A DNA stretch of 64,000 nt from the NCBI GenBank assembly GCA_031409275.1, contig JANNXA010000055.1, positions 128,001-192,000 of the forward strand, in the 5' to 3' direction. Origin of the DNA: Planctomycetota bacterium (GTDB lineage Bacteria > Planctomycetota > B15-G4 > SIAN01). Below the pieces are notes generated by a model. That model had not been told where the DNA came from. It searched no databases and saw nothing but the letters and a program-made list of their open reading frames with translations. Every line of letters starts with the position of its first letter. Position 1 is the stretch's first letter. Of the stretch, positions 45,613-55,635 are shown in pieces. The translations under genes and the position numbers were made by a program.

Positions 45613-46304
45613 GGATCCGCGCCATCGCCGCATCGCTGCTCTTGCACGCCGCCGCATTGGCTGCCGTGTCGGGGCTGTCGTGGAGCCTGCGAAGCACTGC
45701 CGATCGGGCGACCGTCGCCGCCAAGAGCGCCTCGTTCGCCAGCGATGCCGACTCGGCGCCGCTCCCCGAGCCGATGTCGCTCGCACCAGTGCCGATCGAT
45801 CCTCCGCCGACGGAACGGCCGCCCGATCCGGAACCGGAACTCGACGAACTGCACGAACCGCTCGACGACCCGCGCGCGCCTGAATCGTTGGACTCGACGC
45901 TGCTCGCACCGCTGCCGAGTCTGCCGCCCGCCGTCGAGCGCCTCCCCGCGCGACGGCCACCTCCCCCAACCGAACCGACGCCCGTTCCTCCACCGCCAGC
46001 GCAAGTCGCGTCCGAACCGGTCGAGCTGCACGAGGCGGTGACCGAATTCGCACCGCAACCGGTCTATCCGCAGCGAGCCGTCGATCTGCGCTACGAGGGC
46101 ACCGTCACCCTGCTGGCGCTGGTCAAGGCAGACGGCCGCGTCGAGGCATGCGAAGTCGAGACGAGCTCCGGCTTCGCGCTGCTCGACGAGGCGGCGCGCG
46201 CCGCGCTCAAACGCTGGAAGTTCAAGCCCCGCATGGTCGATGGCAGCGCGCGCCCGTTCACCGCGCGCGTGCCGTTCCAGTTCTTCATCCCGAAGCCGAG
46301 GTGA
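45609..46304 (+). CDS. tonB: Energy transducer TonB
   Basis: TM with SxxxH (ASLLLH), Pro-rich spacer, YPQRA...EGTV..SSGFALLDEAA..WKFKP; likely CTG start overlapping the receptor stop. Confidence 0.85.
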   Translation: MRIRAIAASLLLHAAALAAVSGLSWSLRSTADRATVAAKSASFASDADSAPLPEPMSLAPVPIDPPPTERPPDPEPELDELHEPLDDPRAPESLDSTLLAPLPSLPPAVERLPARRPPPPTEPTPVPPPPAQVASEPVELHEAVTEFAPQPVYPQRAVDLRYEGTVTLLALVKADGRVEACEVETSSGFALLDEAARAALKRWKFKPRMVDGSARPFTARVPFQFFIPKPR

Positions 46305-48720
46305 TCGGGATCGCTGTCGCGGGCGCCGCGGGCGCCGGCCGCAGCTCGCGCACGAACAGCCGCTCGATCCGGCGGTACTCGTCGATCCAGCTCTCCGGAT
46401 CAGTGAAGCCGTGGTCCTGGCTCGGGTAGAGCATCACGTCGAACTCCTTGCCGAGCTGGATCAGCTTCTCGATCAGCCGGATCGAGTCCTGCGCGAAGAC
46501 GTTCGAGTCCTTGAGCCCGTGCAGGATCAGCAGCGGCTTGGTGAGCCCTTCCGCGTGGTCGATCGGACTCGAGCGCCGATAGTTCTCCGCGTCGGTCTTG
46601 GGGTCGCCAAGTCGCGGCGTCGTGTACCACGTGTTGTAGGTGCGCCAGTCGGTCACCGATCGCAACGCAGCGCCGCACGCGAAAACGTCCTGCTTGGTGA
46701 AGAGCGCCATCAGCGTGAGGAAGCCGCCGTAGCTGCCGCCATAGAGGCCGATGCGCGCCGGATCGACGTAGCCGAGACTCGCGAGGTAGCGCGCGCCAGC
46801 CACCTCGTCGTCGAGGTCCTTGCCGCCCATGAAGCCGTAGATGTCGGTGCGGAACTTCCGGCCGTAGCCGGCGCTGTGGCGATAGTCGACGTCCAGCACG
46901 GCGAAACCGAGCCGCGCGAGGCGCTGATGGAACAGGTAGTTCGCCGGATACTCGGTCATCGAACGCGTGACGTTCTGGAGGTAGCCCGCGCCGTGCACGA
47001 AGATCACCGCCGGCACCTGGCCGCCCGCGGGTGGCGCCACCGGTCGATAGAGCAGCGCGCGCAACGCGGTGCCGTCGTCCGGATTGGTGAAGCGGACCAG
47101 CGCTGGCGGCGGCAGCGCGAGCTCGCGCAGCGCCTTCGGCACGGTGTCGCTCAGCTGGACCGGTGCCGCGCCAGGCGCCGTCGCCATCGCGAACCAATCG
47201 CCGGGAACGCCAAGCTGCTCGAACAGGAACGCCACCCGCGAACCGTCCGCGCTGACCGTGAGATCGCCGACACATCCGTCGCGCGGGGTCGCGAGCTCGC
47301 GCACCGCGCCGCTTTCGAGGTCGATCTGCAGCAGCGAGCGCTCGGCCGGATCGCGCTGATTGGTGATCGCCAACGCGAGCGGCTTGCCGGCGACGAGCGC
47401 CACCTCCTGGATCTCGCTTCCCGCGGCGGTCAGCACTCGCGCCGCGCCGCCTTGCGCCGGCACGAGGTAGAGCTGCGCGAAGCCGTCGCGTTCGGATGAG
47501 AAGAGGACCGCCTCGCCGTCGGCACGCCACGAGGCGTGCTGCAGCGGGCCGCCGATCCACGCGTCGTCGCGCTCGGCGAACAGCGGGAGCGTGCGTTGCG
47601 TGTCGGGATCGGCCACCAGGATCTGGCGGACCTTCCAGTCGCTGCTGACGCGCTGCACCAGCAGGCGCGCGCCGGCGGGTGACCAGTCGGTGCCGATCTG
47701 CGCGAAACGCTCGCCCTCGTCCAGCGGGAGCGCAACCTCGACGCCGCGCTCCACGTCGAACAGGGCGATCGACGCCTTGGGAGGCGGATCGCCCGCGAGG
47801 TCGCCACGCACCGGCACCGGCTTCACCTGCTCCGACAGGTAGTCGGCGAGGATCAGTTGGCGGCGCTGTTCGAACTCGCGATTGGTGACCACGGCGAAGC
47901 GGCCGTCGGCCGAAAGCGCGACGCGCCCCGACTCCCATAACGGGGTCGCTCGCGGCGCGCGCGGGTTGGCCGCAAACGGCAGCGAGACGCGCCAGAGCAC
48001 TTTCTTCTGCGCGCGCGGCTCCTTGCCGTCGGTCGCGCTGGCGGTTGCGGCTGCCGCGGTCGCAGGCGGCGGCGCGGGCGGCGTCGCCGTGGCAGCTACC
48101 GGCTTCCCGTCGCCATCCGGTGGCGCCGCGAACAAGACGACCTCCCCCGTCGCTTCGAGCAGCTGGAACCATCGGCCGCGCTGCGTCAGCGCGCGCGCCG
48201 GCGACCAGCGCGCACCGGTGGCCAGGTCGACGACCCACAACTCGTCGTCGGCGCCGGCAACGAAAAGCGCATGACGACCGTCGCGCGTGAACGTCAGCCG
48301 GCCGCGATTCGCGCCGCACTCGAACAACGGTTCACTGCGGCCGCTTGCGACGTCGTAGCGCTCGATCCAACCGCCACGGAACAGCAAGAGCATCGAGTCG
48401 GTCGGCCCCCACTGCAGCTCGACCGCCGGTTCGGCCGGGAAGAGCTCCCGCGCGGGCGCGCTGCCATCGGTCGGCGCGATCCACCATGCCCGCTGCGGCA
48501 TCTCGGCGTCGGTGGCCGTGTAGCGCCACAGCGCGAAGCGACCATCGGCGCTGAGCGACCCTTCGCTCGGCCGCACGCCGAGCAAGCGCGGCGGCGCGAA
48601 GATCTCCTGCAGCGTCGGTCGCACGACCGCGTCGACGGGCGACGTCTCCGCCGGGACTGCCGGCGCGCCCGCACCGCCGACTTGAGCGATCAGAGCCATG
48701 ACGACGATCGACTCGAGCAT
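46285..48720 (-). CDS. S9 family (DPP IV-like) peptidase
   Basis: Signal-like N-terminus, beta-propeller repeats, GGSYGG nucleophile, HGLKDSNV, DHGF. Confidence 0.92.
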   Translation of the reverse strand: MLESIVVMALIAQVGGAGAPAVPAETSPVDAVVRPTLQEIFAPPRLLGVRPSEGSLSADGRFALWRYTATDAEMPQRAWWIAPTDGSAPARELFPAEPAVELQWGPTDSMLLLFRGGWIERYDVASGRSEPLFECGANRGRLTFTRDGRHALFVAGADDELWVVDLATGARWSPARALTQRGRWFQLLEATGEVVLFAAPPDGDGKPVAATATPPAPPPATAAAATASATDGKEPRAQKKVLWRVSLPFAANPRAPRATPLWESGRVALSADGRFAVVTNREFEQRRQLILADYLSEQVKPVPVRGDLAGDPPPKASIALFDVERGVEVALPLDEGERFAQIGTDWSPAGARLLVQRVSSDWKVRQILVADPDTQRTLPLFAERDDAWIGGPLQHASWRADGEAVLFSSERDGFAQLYLVPAQGGAARVLTAAGSEIQEVALVAGKPLALAITNQRDPAERSLLQIDLESGAVRELATPRDGCVGDLTVSADGSRVAFLFEQLGVPGDWFAMATAPGAAPVQLSDTVPKALRELALPPPALVRFTNPDDGTALRALLYRPVAPPAGGQVPAVIFVHGAGYLQNVTRSMTEYPANYLFHQRLARLGFAVLDVDYRHSAGYGRKFRTDIYGFMGGKDLDDEVAGARYLASLGYVDPARIGLYGGSYGGFLTLMALFTKQDVFACGAALRSVTDWRTYNTWYTTPRLGDPKTDAENYRRSSPIDHAEGLTKPLLILHGLKDSNVFAQDSIRLIEKLIQLGKEFDVMLYPSQDHGFTDPESWIDEYRRIERLFVRELRPAPAAPATAIPITSASG

Positions 48721-48874
48721 CTGCATTCCTCCGTCGCGACATGATGCCGGCGCCATCGCCGCGCTCGTACGCCCACCACGACCCGGTATAAGGCTCGGTT
48801 CCCCAAGCCTCGGCGAGCGGCGTGTTCGATCCGGCCTTCGCGACCTCGGCTCGGGGCCAAAGCACGGAGTGTTC

Positions 48875-49846
48875 ATGGGCGTTCCGCACGGCATCGTGGT
48901 CCTCGACAAGCCGGCTGGCATCACCTCGCGCGACGCCGTCGACCATGCGTGCAAGCGCCTGAAGACCCGCGAGATCGGCCACTGCGGGACGCTCGACCCG
49001 CTTGCGACCGGAGTCCTCGTGCTGGTGATCGGTCGTGCTCGCCGCCTGCAGGAGCTGCTCGCCAAGTCGCGCAAGGTCTATGCGGCGCGCATCAAGCTCG
49101 GCGCCATCTCTGAAACCGACGATGCGGAGGGCCCCCTCACCGAGACGTCGCCACTGCCCCCGCCACCGACCCTCGATGCGGTGCTCGCCGGCGCCGCGCG
49201 CTTCGTCGGCGAGATCGAGCAGCGTCCGCCGCGCTATTCCGCGGTGAAGGTCGACGGCGAGCGCCTCTACGACCTCGCCCGCCGCGGACAGGGCATCGAC
49301 GCGCCGATGCGCAAAGTCACCGTCTACGACCTGAAGGTCACGAACTACGACTACCCCTTCATCGACCTCACGGTCGCGTCGGCGGGCGGCACCTACGTGC
49401 GCTCGATCGCGCGCGATCTTGGCGCGCTGCTCGGCACCGGCGGCTATCTCGCGCAACTCGCACGCACCGAGTCCGGCGGCTTCCGCCAGTCGGAAGCGAC
49501 GTCGCTCGAGCAACTCGGGCCCGAGCACGTGCTTCCGCTCGAGAATGCGTTGCGCCACTTCCCGCGGATCGACATCGCGGCGGCGCAGGCACTGCGACTC
49601 GGCAACGGCGCCGTCGTGCGCGCCGAGGTACCGCCCCTCTCGCTCGGCTCCGACGACACGCTGTTTGGCTGGGTGAACGGGCACGCCGTCGCGCTGCTGG
49701 CGAAGCAAGGCCCGCAGCGGGTGCGTTCGTCGCGGCTGCTGGTGACGATCCCGGAGCTGCAGCGACTCGCCGACGAGGAGCTCGCCGCGGCGCCGCAGCA
49801 GGCGAACCGCGAGCGCGCCAGCTACGACGACGACGAGCGGCGCTGA
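48875..49846 (+). CDS. truB: tRNA pseudouridine(55) synthase
   Basis: LDKPAGITS, GHCGTLDPLATGVL, PPRYSAVK.DG.RLY, GTYVRSIARDLG. Confidence 0.96.
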   Translation: MGVPHGIVVLDKPAGITSRDAVDHACKRLKTREIGHCGTLDPLATGVLVLVIGRARRLQELLAKSRKVYAARIKLGAISETDDAEGPLTETSPLPPPPTLDAVLAGAARFVGEIEQRPPRYSAVKVDGERLYDLARRGQGIDAPMRKVTVYDLKVTNYDYPFIDLTVASAGGTYVRSIARDLGALLGTGGYLAQLARTESGGFRQSEATSLEQLGPEHVLPLENALRHFPRIDIAAAQALRLGNGAVVRAEVPPLSLGSDDTLFGWVNGHAVALLAKQGPQRVRSSRLLVTIPELQRLADEELAAAPQQANRERASYDDDERR

Positions 49847-49867
49847 GAGCGCCGCCGCGACGATCGC

Positions 49868-51802
49868 TCAGCGCGGCTGCAACCGCACCGGTTCGTCGTA
49901 GAGCGCACCGCCCTCGCCAGCGTCGGTGACCACCGCCCGAACCAGCAGGTTCGCGCAATCACCGCTGCGTTGCTGGCCTCCTTTGGCCATGAAGGCCACG
50001 CTCGGATGAATGGCATCGTCGTGGCGAAGGGTGACCGCGAGCCGACCGATCACGCTCTCGATCCACGCCGGCGCCCCATCGCGAAGACCCGCCGCCGCAC
50101 TCGGATGGACGCGTACCTCCGCCGGCGATGGCGGCGTCTCCGACCACTGTGAAGACTGCGCCTTCGCTGTCGAGACGGCCAGAAGTCGTAGCGGGAAGTC
50201 GACGCTCGCAATCGCCGGTCGCTCCGGCGCCGACACCGGCAGGCGCGCGCGGCCGTCCGCCGTCGCGAAGCGATCACCGGCGAACCGAACCTGCGGCGCC
50301 AGCGGATTGCGTCGCGGCGCCTGCGTCAGTGCGGCCGCATCGATGCCATGAGGCGCGACCTTGCGCAGCAACCGTTCCTTCCACGCCGCGATCGAGGGGT
50401 CGAAACGGTCCCCGAGGCCGAGCCGTTCCGCCAACCCGTGCAGGAGGGTGATCTCGTGCACGACGCCGGGGGGCGGCGCGAGTGCCGGCGTCGACGCCCG
50501 CAACCAGTGGTTCCCGTAGGCGCCAAGCAGATCCTCATCCTCGAGCAGCGTCGGGCACGGAAAGACGACGTGGGCGACATCGGTGGTGTCGGTCGGATGG
50601 GTATCGACGACCGCCACGAAGTCCGCGCGCTCGAAGCCGCGCCGCACGGACGCGGCATCGGGCAGCATGCTGAGCGGGTTGCCGGCCGTGACCCAGATCG
50701 CGCGTACGGGCGGCGTCGCTTCGAGCAGCTCGCGGCCAAGCAGCGGCTCGCACAACGTGCGGGGAGCAGCGGCCTCGCCGCGCACGAAGCTGGTGTCAAA
50801 GGCCGTGCGTCGCGCGAAGTAGTACGAACAGCCGCCGCCGCTCACTCCCATGTTGCCGCGCACCGTTGCCAGCGCGTCGAGCGTGCGCACCACCGCAGCG
50901 CCGTTCACCCGGCGCGCCAGACCCCAGCCGACCAGGATCGCGGCCGGGAACTGCGCGGCGTAGAGATCGGCGAAGCGCTGCAAGTCCGCTTCGGGGACAC
51001 CGGCGGCGTGCGCGCGCTCAGCAAGCGTGCTCTGCAACGCCAGCGCACGAAAGTGGGCCGCGCCTTCCGCGAAACGCTCCAGGTCGGACGCGATCGCGCC
51101 GCGCGCGAAGAGTTCACTCGCCACCGCCAGCGCCAGCTCGCCATCGCAGCCCGGTCGCGGCTGCAGGAAGAGGTCGCACAGCGACGCCAGTCGCGTCCGC
51201 ACGCAGTCGATCCCGACGATCGTCGTGCCGCGCCGCTTCGCCTCGAGCAGCACCGGCAGGAGATGCGAGCCTGAAACGTGGACGTTCTTGCCCCAGACCA
51301 CGATCAGGCGGCTGTTCATCAGATCGAACAGGTCGTTCGAATCGGAGGCTCCGAAATCGAGCAGGTTGGCCGCTTCGCCTGCTCCCGAGCAGATGTCGCC
51401 GCGCTTCACGGTGACCGGCCCGAACTGCTCGAACAGGTAGTCGGCCGCCACCTTGAGCAGCCCCAGCGAGCCGCCGGAGCGGTAGTGGAAGATCGCTGCC
51501 GCTCCCGATTCCGCGCGAATCTTGAGCAGCTGCTCCGCCGCGAAGTCGAGCGCCGCCTCGAGGCTCGCCGAAACGAGCTTGCCGCCGCGGCGCACCTGCG
51601 GCGTGACGAAGCGATCGGGGGCGTACTGGCGCGCCAGGAACTTCGCCGTACGTTCGCAGAGGAAACCGCGGGTCACCGGATCGTCGGGGTCTCCGCTGAG
51701 CCGCACGGCCCGCTCGCCTTCCATCTCGACGACGATCGAACAGGCGTCGGGGCAGTCCCGATTGCAGGCGGTCTTGCGGCGCGAGCGCGTCTTGCTGGCC
51801 AT
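49868..51802 (-). CDS. Molybdopterin-dependent oxidoreductase (DMSO reductase/Fdh-like family)
   Basis: N-terminal ACNRDCPDAC...LC Fe-S motif, VWGKN, PRPGCD, AGNP, TDTTDVAHVVFP; C-terminal dinucleotide-binding domain. Confidence 0.88.
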   Translation of the reverse strand: MASKTRSRRKTACNRDCPDACSIVVEMEGERAVRLSGDPDDPVTRGFLCERTAKFLARQYAPDRFVTPQVRRGGKLVSASLEAALDFAAEQLLKIRAESGAAAIFHYRSGGSLGLLKVAADYLFEQFGPVTVKRGDICSGAGEAANLLDFGASDSNDLFDLMNSRLIVVWGKNVHVSGSHLLPVLLEAKRRGTTIVGIDCVRTRLASLCDLFLQPRPGCDGELALAVASELFARGAIASDLERFAEGAAHFRALALQSTLAERAHAAGVPEADLQRFADLYAAQFPAAILVGWGLARRVNGAAVVRTLDALATVRGNMGVSGGGCSYYFARRTAFDTSFVRGEAAAPRTLCEPLLGRELLEATPPVRAIWVTAGNPLSMLPDAASVRRGFERADFVAVVDTHPTDTTDVAHVVFPCPTLLEDEDLLGAYGNHWLRASTPALAPPPGVVHEITLLHGLAERLGLGDRFDPSIAAWKERLLRKVAPHGIDAAALTQAPRRNPLAPQVRFAGDRFATADGRARLPVSAPERPAIASVDFPLRLLAVSTAKAQSSQWSETPPSPAEVRVHPSAAAGLRDGAPAWIESVIGRLAVTLRHDDAIHPSVAFMAKGGQQRSGDCANLLVRAVVTDAGEGGALYDEPVRLQPR

Positions 51803-51874
51803 GGCGCGATGTTAGAGTCCGCCCCCCTTTTCGTGCCGCTGTCGAAGTCGGACAGCTGGCACGCGGAGCGACCC

Positions 51875-52189
51875 ATGCCGGCCGACAAGATCGCGAAGTG
51901 GAAGCCGTTGGTCGAACAGCACCCCGACCACGAACTCGCGCGCTACAGCCTCGGCTGCGCCTACTTCGAAGCCGGCCAGTTCGCCGACGCCGAGCCGCAC
52001 TTCGCGCGCGCTCTCGAACTGCGCAACGACTGGGTCATGGCGTACATCTTCCGCGCCAAGTGCCTGATCCGGCTCGGGCGAGGCACCGAAGCGAAGCCGC
52101 TGCTGGCGCTCGGCCGTTCCCACTCGCAGGCGCAAGGGCATGACGCGCCGGTCGAGGAGATCGACGCGCTGCTCGAGATGCTGCCGTGA
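51875..52189 (+). CDS. Small TPR protein
   Basis: HPDHELARYSLG..YFEAG.F.DA...ARALE TPR pattern. Confidence 0.85.
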   Translation: MPADKIAKWKPLVEQHPDHELARYSLGCAYFEAGQFADAEPHFARALELRNDWVMAYIFRAKCLIRLGRGTEAKPLLALGRSHSQAQGHDAPVEEIDALLEMLP

Positions 52190-54510
52190 AACGAGACGCG
52201 GTGACGTCGCGACGACGAGTCGAAGCGATCGCGACCGTCGTTGTCTCGCTCGTCGCCACGGCGTCACTCGTTGCCGACGACGCCCCGTTGCCACGACGCT
52301 GGCTCGAACTCGAAGTTCCCGCCGCCGATGAGTCGCCGCTCGTGCCGATCGCGACCGAAGAGCTCGCCACGCTGCTTGCCACCCACGGCTACGCCGGCGT
52401 GCTCCTCGACTTTCCAAGCGGCACCGGCGCATTCGACGAATCATGGGCGCTCCCCTTTCGAACGGCGGGCCTTGCGGTCCGCTCCACACGGCGCGCGACG
52501 CAGCGAATCGACGAACTCCCGCCGTGGCCGGCCATCGAGCCGCGACTGCTGCCCGGCGAAGGCGACGGCGACGATCCAGCGGCCGTGTGGTTGCGACCGC
52601 TGCTACGCCCGGCCGTCATCGACTGGCTCTGGCAGGCGCCGCCGGAAGCGACCGGAGGCGGCGATGGCTACCTCTCGTCGCGACTGCTGTTGCCGACGCG
52701 GCCGGAGCGACGCGCCGAGCAGATGCGACTCGATCTTGCGAGCTTCGCGCCGGTCCCGGCCGCACCGTCACCGCCCATCGACGCGCCGCTGTTGCGCCAG
52801 AGTGCCTTGGCGAGCGAACTGGCGGCGCTGCTCGGCGGGAATCACCCCGAGCTGATCGCGCCGCTCGAGAATCGCGCCAGCAACGCGTTGGACGCGCTGC
52901 GCTGGCGCCCGCTGCGCCGAGCGCCGGAGTGGCTCGAGGTCGATGAGTGGTTCGGCGCGTTCGGCAGCGATGGCGAGATGCTCGCCGCGCGGCTGCTGCG
53001 CGATCCCGCCCCGCCGGCGGCGCTCGCCGCGGCGCTATCCGCCGCACGCGACACACGCACGGAGTCGGGACAATCGTCACGCGCCGGGATCGTCGATGAC
53101 GCCACGCGGACGTGGCTCGCCGACGCCATCGAGCAGCGCTGGCAGGCGACGGCGAAGCTGGCCGCGCTGCTGCGCGACCCGACGCTGCGCCTCGCGGAGG
53201 ACGCCGTCGCAGCGGCGCCGCCGGCGACGATCACGGCTCCCGCTTGGCGCGACGGGATCGAGTACGAGTCGCGGCAGCGCGTCGCCGAGCGCTGGCAGCT
53301 CCATCCATGGCGGGTGCACACGCGCCGCTTCGCGCTCAGCAGCAAGACGCTGCGAGCCGGCGTCAGCGCGCCGCCGCTCGACGTCCTCGCGATCGACGAC
53401 CCGCGTCTCGAGCGGTTCGTTCCGCAGCTGGCGGCCGCGCTGAAGACGACGCCGTGGGACCTCGCCGCCTGGCTGCCGGTGGTGCCCGGTGCGACGATCA
53501 CGCTGCGGACCACCCTCGCGCTGCGCGATCCGCGGCAGTTCCGACTCGAACTCGACGCTGCGGCGACCTGCACCGTCCGCCTCAACGAAGCGCTGGTGAT
53601 CGACCGTTTTTCCGCCGACCGCGACCACCTCCTCACGACGTTGGCGGTGCCGGCCGGGACGAGCGAGTTGAGCCTCGAGCTCGTCCTCGACGGCACCCGC
53701 GACACGCTCCAACTGGCGCTCGAGCTGCTTCCGCAGCGCGCTGGCGGACTTCTCCTTTCCGCGGCCAACGCATCGCAGGTCGTCGAGCCGATGGTGCGCC
53801 TGGGCGACGCCGGCGCGCTCGACGGCGCCAGCCTCGCGCTCCTCGCGGCGCGCCCGCAAGGCGGCGAAGGCAACGCCTTCTTTCCCTTCGCGCTCGACAC
53901 GACCACGCTCTACGACGTGTGGCTCCACGCGCTCCCAATCGCCGGCGGCGGCGCGCTCGAACTCGACTGCGATGGCAGCCCGCCGCTCAAGGTCGACCTC
54001 GCACCTGCGAGCGGTTGGCGGTGGCAGCGCGTCGCCGCGCCCTTCTGGCTGACCAACGGCTCGCACGCGCTGCGGCTGCGGCTGCTCACCGCTGGCGTGC
54101 GGCTCGATCAGATCGCCCTGGTCGCCAGCGAAACGCGCTTCCCGCGACTGCCAGCAGGAGATCAGCCGCTTTGGAACAGCGCGTGGCGCTACGACCCGCT
54201 CGGCTCCGGCATCGTCGTCGATCTCCCGACACTCACCACCGGCGAGCTCTTCGGTCGCGCGTTCGAGGTCGAGAAGAGCGGTAACTACCAGCTCTACGCC
54301 TGGCTGAAGGGGAGCAGCCCGATGGCGCCAGGCCAACGCGCCGAGGTCGAGCTCACCTCCCCTTCGACGAGAGTGCGCCTGGTCCTGCCGGCCGGCACCC
54401 CGAGCGAAGAGTGGGTCGCGCTCGGCGACGTGGCGCTGACCGCCGGCGAGCGCGTCGAGCTGCGGGTCCGCGGTGACGGGGCACTGGCGCGCGTGGCATT
54501 GCGGCGCTGA
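52186..54510 (+). CDS. Hypothetical exported protein with C-terminal beta-sandwich (CBM-like) domains
   Basis: GTGA-coupled start; signal-like N-terminus; YDVWLH...WRW...LTNGSHALRL..GVRLDQIAL and GNYQLYAW..EWVALG. Confidence 0.6.
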   Translation: MKRDAVTSRRRVEAIATVVVSLVATASLVADDAPLPRRWLELEVPAADESPLVPIATEELATLLATHGYAGVLLDFPSGTGAFDESWALPFRTAGLAVRSTRRATQRIDELPPWPAIEPRLLPGEGDGDDPAAVWLRPLLRPAVIDWLWQAPPEATGGGDGYLSSRLLLPTRPERRAEQMRLDLASFAPVPAAPSPPIDAPLLRQSALASELAALLGGNHPELIAPLENRASNALDALRWRPLRRAPEWLEVDEWFGAFGSDGEMLAARLLRDPAPPAALAAALSAARDTRTESGQSSRAGIVDDATRTWLADAIEQRWQATAKLAALLRDPTLRLAEDAVAAAPPATITAPAWRDGIEYESRQRVAERWQLHPWRVHTRRFALSSKTLRAGVSAPPLDVLAIDDPRLERFVPQLAAALKTTPWDLAAWLPVVPGATITLRTTLALRDPRQFRLELDAAATCTVRLNEALVIDRFSADRDHLLTTLAVPAGTSELSLELVLDGTRDTLQLALELLPQRAGGLLLSAANASQVVEPMVRLGDAGALDGASLALLAARPQGGEGNAFFPFALDTTTLYDVWLHALPIAGGGALELDCDGSPPLKVDLAPASGWRWQRVAAPFWLTNGSHALRLRLLTAGVRLDQIALVASETRFPRLPAGDQPLWNSAWRYDPLGSGIVVDLPTLTTGELFGRAFEVEKSGNYQLYAWLKGSSPMAPGQRAEVELTSPSTRVRLVLPAGTPSEEWVALGDVALTAGERVELRVRGDGALARVALRR

Positions 54511-54564
54511 GTGCTAGAAGGGCCGCGGAACACGATCCTCGACGCCGGTGCTGGGGAGCCGCTG

Positions 54565-54804
54565 ATGCCCACCTTCGACTACTCATGCAGCACTTGCGGC
54601 GAGCGCTTCGAGAAGCACGTCGCGAGCGCGCGAACGCGGCCGTCCTGCCCACGTTGCAGAGGCAAGTCGGTGACGCGCGAGATCGCCGCGCCGGCCATCC
54701 GCGGCAGCTCGCCGCGCGCGCCCATCCTTCCGGTCGCGGGTGGATCAGCGCACGGCTGCGGGAACATCGAGCGACCCGGCTGTGGTGGCGGAGGTTGCGC
54801 GTGA
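54565..54804 (+). CDS. FmdB family zinc-ribbon protein
   Basis: MPTFDYSCSTCGERFE...CPRC; Cys/Gly-rich tail. Confidence 0.88.
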   Translation: MPTFDYSCSTCGERFEKHVASARTRPSCPRCRGKSVTREIAAPAIRGSSPRAPILPVAGGSAHGCGNIERPGCGGGGCA

Positions 54805-55502
54805 CGCCCCGCACGCCGCCGGCGACGGTCGCCTTCGACATCGAGGTCGTCGGCTACGACTGGAGCGAACTCGACGAGGCGACTCGCGGCTACCTGCTCG
54901 AGCGCGCCCGCAAGAAGGGGGAGACGGCGGAGGACGCGGCCGGGAAGCTCGCGCTGACGCTCGGACTCGGCCGGGTCGTCGCCATCGCGTTGTGGAATCT
55001 CGACGAGCAGCGCGGTGCCGTGCTGCTCGAGGGGCCCTCCACGGGCTGGAGCGCGTGGCCGGGTCGCAGCGACGGCGCCTGGCTGTTTCGTGGCGACGAG
55101 AAGCAGCTGCTCGAAGCGTTCTGGGAGCGCATCCGCGGCTACGGCCGTCTGGTGACGTTCGCCGGCCGAATGTTCGACGGCCCGGTGCTGATGGTCCGCT
55201 CGGCGCTGCACGGCGTCGCCCCGTCGCGCCACCTCGCGGCGCGCGACTTCGCCATGCGCCAGCACTGCGACCTCGCGGAACTCTTCACCTTCCAGGGCGC
55301 CGTTCGCGACCACTACAAGCTCGACTACTGGTGCCGCCGCTTCGGTCTCGAGTCGCCGAAATCGACGCTCGACGGCTCGCAGGTGGGCGCGGCGTACAAG
55401 GCCGGCGAGATCGAGAAGATCGGCGACTACTGCCTGCGCGACGCGCGCGCCACCGGACTCCTGTTCGAGAAGGTCAAGGAGACGCTGATTCCGCTGCTCT
55501 AG
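54801..55502 (+). CDS. PolB-like 3'-5' exonuclease (DEDDy)
   Basis: FDIE, LVTF.G..FD.P, HCDL, KLDYWC, YCLRD. Confidence 0.88.
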   Translation: MTPRTPPATVAFDIEVVGYDWSELDEATRGYLLERARKKGETAEDAAGKLALTLGLGRVVAIALWNLDEQRGAVLLEGPSTGWSAWPGRSDGAWLFRGDEKQLLEAFWERIRGYGRLVTFAGRMFDGPVLMVRSALHGVAPSRHLAARDFAMRQHCDLAELFTFQGAVRDHYKLDYWCRRFGLESPKSTLDGSQVGAAYKAGEIEKIGDYCLRDARATGLLFEKVKETLIPLL

Positions 55503-55635
55503 CAGCCCGTCCGCCGCTTCGGCGCGAGAACCGTTTTCCTTGCTCGAGCGCCCCACTCCGGCTGCACGAGGGCCGCTGCCGATAGGTCAGCGGACTCTCT
55601 TCCAGATGTTCGATCGCAGCCAGGAGTGACGCGAC

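Noticed and set aside
54790..54830. Sec read-through at the Cys-rich end of the FmdB protein (GCA then TGA)
   Set aside because: The TGA is part of a GTGA overlap with the next gene, the continuation is not protein-like, and no convincing hairpin was seen.
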